A stretch of DNA of 64,000 nt from an uncultured Clostridia bacterium. Its GTDB lineage: Bacteria > Bacillota > Clostridia > Oscillospirales > Oscillospiraceae. The stretch covers positions 5,055-69,054 of the forward strand of contig CAMNOV010000002.1 of the NCBI GenBank assembly GCA_946547105.1, in the 5' to 3' direction. The notes under the pieces were generated by a model, which saw only the letters and a list, made by a program, of their open reading frames with translations, was not told the origin of the DNA and did not search any database. Made by a program: the position numbers and the translations under genes. Below, piece after piece: positions 62,327 through 64,000 of this stretch; the stretch's first letter is position 1; each line of letters begins with the position of its first letter.

Positions 62327-63280
62327 ATGTTAAAAGAACGCGGGTTTTACCGGGGCGTGAATCTCGGCGGCTGGCTGAGCCAGTGCGATTACAGCGCTGA
62401 GCGCCTGGATGGCTTTATTACGGAGAGTGATTTTGCGCAGATCGCCGCCTGGGGCTTTGACCACGTACGCCTGCCGGTGGACTACAACGTGATCCAGCGC
62501 CCGGACGGAACGATGATCGAGGAAGGCCTGCGGCGGATCGACTGCGCCGTCTCCTGGGCGGAGGCGCAGGATTTGCGCTTGGTACTGGATCTGCATAAGA
62601 CGCAGGGTTTTTCCTTCGACGCCGGGGAGAACGAGTCCGGCTTCTTCGAAAGCGAACAATACCAGGAGCTGTTCTACTCCGTCTGGGACTGCTTCGCCGC
62701 ACGCTACGGCTCGAAACCCGAGCGGGTGATGTTCGACCTGCTCAACGAGGTCACCGAGGATCGCTATCTCCCGGCCTGGAAGCGCATCAGCCGCGAGGCC
62801 GTGCGCCGCATCCGTCGGCATGCGCCGGAGACGCTGATCCTGCTGGGAAGTTTCCGCTGGAACAGCGCGAAGACCCTGCCGGCCCTTGAAGCGCCCTATG
62901 ACGAGCGCGTGATCTATAACTTCCACTTCTACGAGCCGCACGATTTCACCCACCAGGGCGCGTACTGGGAAGCGCCGTACCGCGACGTCAGCGCGCGATA
63001 CAGCTACGCCGAGAGCGGCGCGTGCGAGAAGTACTTTGAGGACTTCCTCGCCCCGGCTCTGGAAAAGGCGGAGAAGGAGGGAGCGGAGCTTTACTGCGGC
63101 GAATACGGCGTGATCGATGTCGTGCCGCCGGAGGAGGCGGTGCGGTGGTTCCGCGAACTGCATGCGGTTTTCGAGCGGCACGGCATCGCCCGCTGCCTGT
63201 GGAGCTACAAAGAGATGGACTTCGGCCTGTCCGACGCCCGGATGGACGCGGTGCGGGACGAACTGCTGCCGCTGCTGTAA
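62327..63280 (+). CDS. intracellular GH5-family glycoside hydrolase
   Basis: No signal peptide. 'RGVNLGGWL', 'FDHVRLPVDY', 'LLNEV' (acid/base Glu) and 'YCGEYG' (nucleophile Glu). Confidence 0.8.
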   Translation: MLKERGFYRGVNLGGWLSQCDYSAERLDGFITESDFAQIAAWGFDHVRLPVDYNVIQRPDGTMIEEGLRRIDCAVSWAEAQDLRLVLDLHKTQGFSFDAGENESGFFESEQYQELFYSVWDCFAARYGSKPERVMFDLLNEVTEDRYLPAWKRISREAVRRIRRHAPETLILLGSFRWNSAKTLPALEAPYDERVIYNFHFYEPHDFTHQGAYWEAPYRDVSARYSYAESGACEKYFEDFLAPALEKAEKEGAELYCGEYGVIDVVPPEEAVRWFRELHAVFERHGIARCLWSYKEMDFGLSDARMDAVRDELLPLL

Positions 63281-63369
63281 GAAGGCTTTGAAAATATAAA
63301 CGACGTTTTCTGAAGCGTACACAGCAAAAAAATAACTTTTTGGCTGCGATCACCGGCTCTAAAGAATAG

Positions 63370-63404
63370 AAAATCGGCGTGACCTTTGTGGTCACGCCGA
63401 TTTT
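63370..63404. terminator. bidirectional intrinsic terminator
   Basis: AAAATCGGCGTGAC-ctttgtg-GTCACGCCGATTTT, a perfect 14-bp stem between convergent genes. Confidence 0.8.
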
Positions 63405-63466
63405 ATCTCTTGGATGAGATGGGGAAAACCAGATGCTCTCCGCAAGTACGCACGAAATAACGACAC

Positions 63467-63991
63467 CTACTGCTCTCTGCTGACGGGCAGCCAGATCTCA
63501 CAGTAGTGGGAATGATTGACCTCGTCGTTTCCGTCTTCGAAAGGCCAATGGATCACCCCGAGCTCAGGGGCGTCTCGCAGAACGTAGCCGGAAGAGGGCA
63601 GCCACTCTGTCACGATCCGGCGGCGCAGTTCATCGACCAGATTCGTCGGGAACATACAGCGCTCCGTCTCGCAGACTACGTACAGTCCCGCAGGAATCTC
63701 CAGGTGTGTGTACCGCTTGGCAAAATCGCCGAGATCTTCTTCAAAATCCTCCAATGCCCATTTTGGCATCAGATAGGCATAGTAAAAATCATATCCGCTG
63801 TCGCCGAAGTTCGTCATAACGGTATAGACCGTATCGTGGATCCGGCTCCTTCCTTCCAAAACGTACTGCTCCAGCAGTGTTTCACAGGCAAAGTAGTGAT
63901 CCTGGTCCTTTTTGTCGTTGGGGTCCCCCGAAAAGCGCCGCTTAAAGCCGGTCAGCAGCATGGCGGGCTTCTCTTCCAATTTGTATTGCAT
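63467..63991 (-). CDS. GyrI-like small-molecule-binding (AraC effector-domain-like) protein; may be the C-terminal part of a longer regulator
   Basis: 'YKLEEKPAMLLTGFKRRF' and 'EIWLPV' are typical GyrI-like/SOUL domain ends. The frame stays open upstream of the ATG to the window edge. Confidence 0.6.
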   Translation of the reverse strand: MQYKLEEKPAMLLTGFKRRFSGDPNDKKDQDHYFACETLLEQYVLEGRSRIHDTVYTVMTNFGDSGYDFYYAYLMPKWALEDFEEDLGDFAKRYTHLEIPAGLYVVCETERCMFPTNLVDELRRRIVTEWLPSSGYVLRDAPELGVIHWPFEDGNDEVNHSHYCEIWLPVSREQ

Positions 63992-64000
63992 GTCGTTTCC

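Noticed and set aside
1-64000. CRISPR arrays, transposases, integrases, toxin-antitoxin or known phage-defence genes
   Set aside because: No regularly spaced direct repeats were seen, and no DDE/serine/tyrosine recombinase or defence-system signatures were recognised in any supported ORF. The only repeats are the Tyr-tail 9-mers, the Ig-domain repeats and the tRNA 3'-end copies.

Overview
High-GC Firmicutes/Clostridia-like chromosome segment; spoIIR, Gram-positive RBSs and cellodextrin genes support this, and the exact taxon cannot be called from the sequence. The window has five parts. (1) 1-1.7 kb: the 3' end of a surface/pilin-like protein gene plus a 93-aa Trp-rich ORF. (2) 1.8-4.0 kb: a translationally coupled triad of HprK-like P-loop kinase, PqqD-type peptide-recognition protein and NTP_transf_5-type nucleotidyltransferase, with no RiPP core enzyme or obvious precursor. 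This is the most unusual system here. (3) 4.2-41.3 kb: one very large, almost entirely co-directional cell-surface glycopolymer locus. It starts at a near-consensus promoter and an MsbA/PglK-like ABC exporter. It encodes a CpsB phosphatase, two tandem fused Wzz/BY-kinases with (X-X-Tyr)n tails, an initiating phosphoglycosyltransferase, 8 glycosyltransferases and an EpsG/Wzy-like polymerase. It also encodes a TagG/TagH(Wzt-like) exporter, 3 LicD phosphotransferases, a TagD-oxidoreductase fusion with a class-V aminotransferase, and three carboxylate-amine-ligase-type enzymes. An OCD/SbnB-like dehydrogenase, acetyltransferases and a deacetylase complete it. No Wzx flippase and no LCP ligase are present, and base composition is visibly mosaic. 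(4) 41.4-53.5 kb: housekeeping genes (M29 aminopeptidase, 2-hydroxyacid dehydrogenase, PAP2, Ig-repeat surface protein, GH13 glucosidase, ispE, TrmH-type methylase, acyltransferase, spoIIR). (5) 53.6-64 kb: tRNA-Val(CAC) followed by repeated copies of its own 3' end with stacked terminators, then a cellodextrin utilisation locus (GH5 lipoprotein, GH94 phosphorylase, LacI regulator, ABC uptake system, intracellular GH5). No CRISPR array, transposase, integrase or prophage genes were seen. Many long ORFs in the track are antisense artefacts of high-GC coding DNA. All family assignments rest on motif recognition by eye and need HMM/BLAST confirmation.
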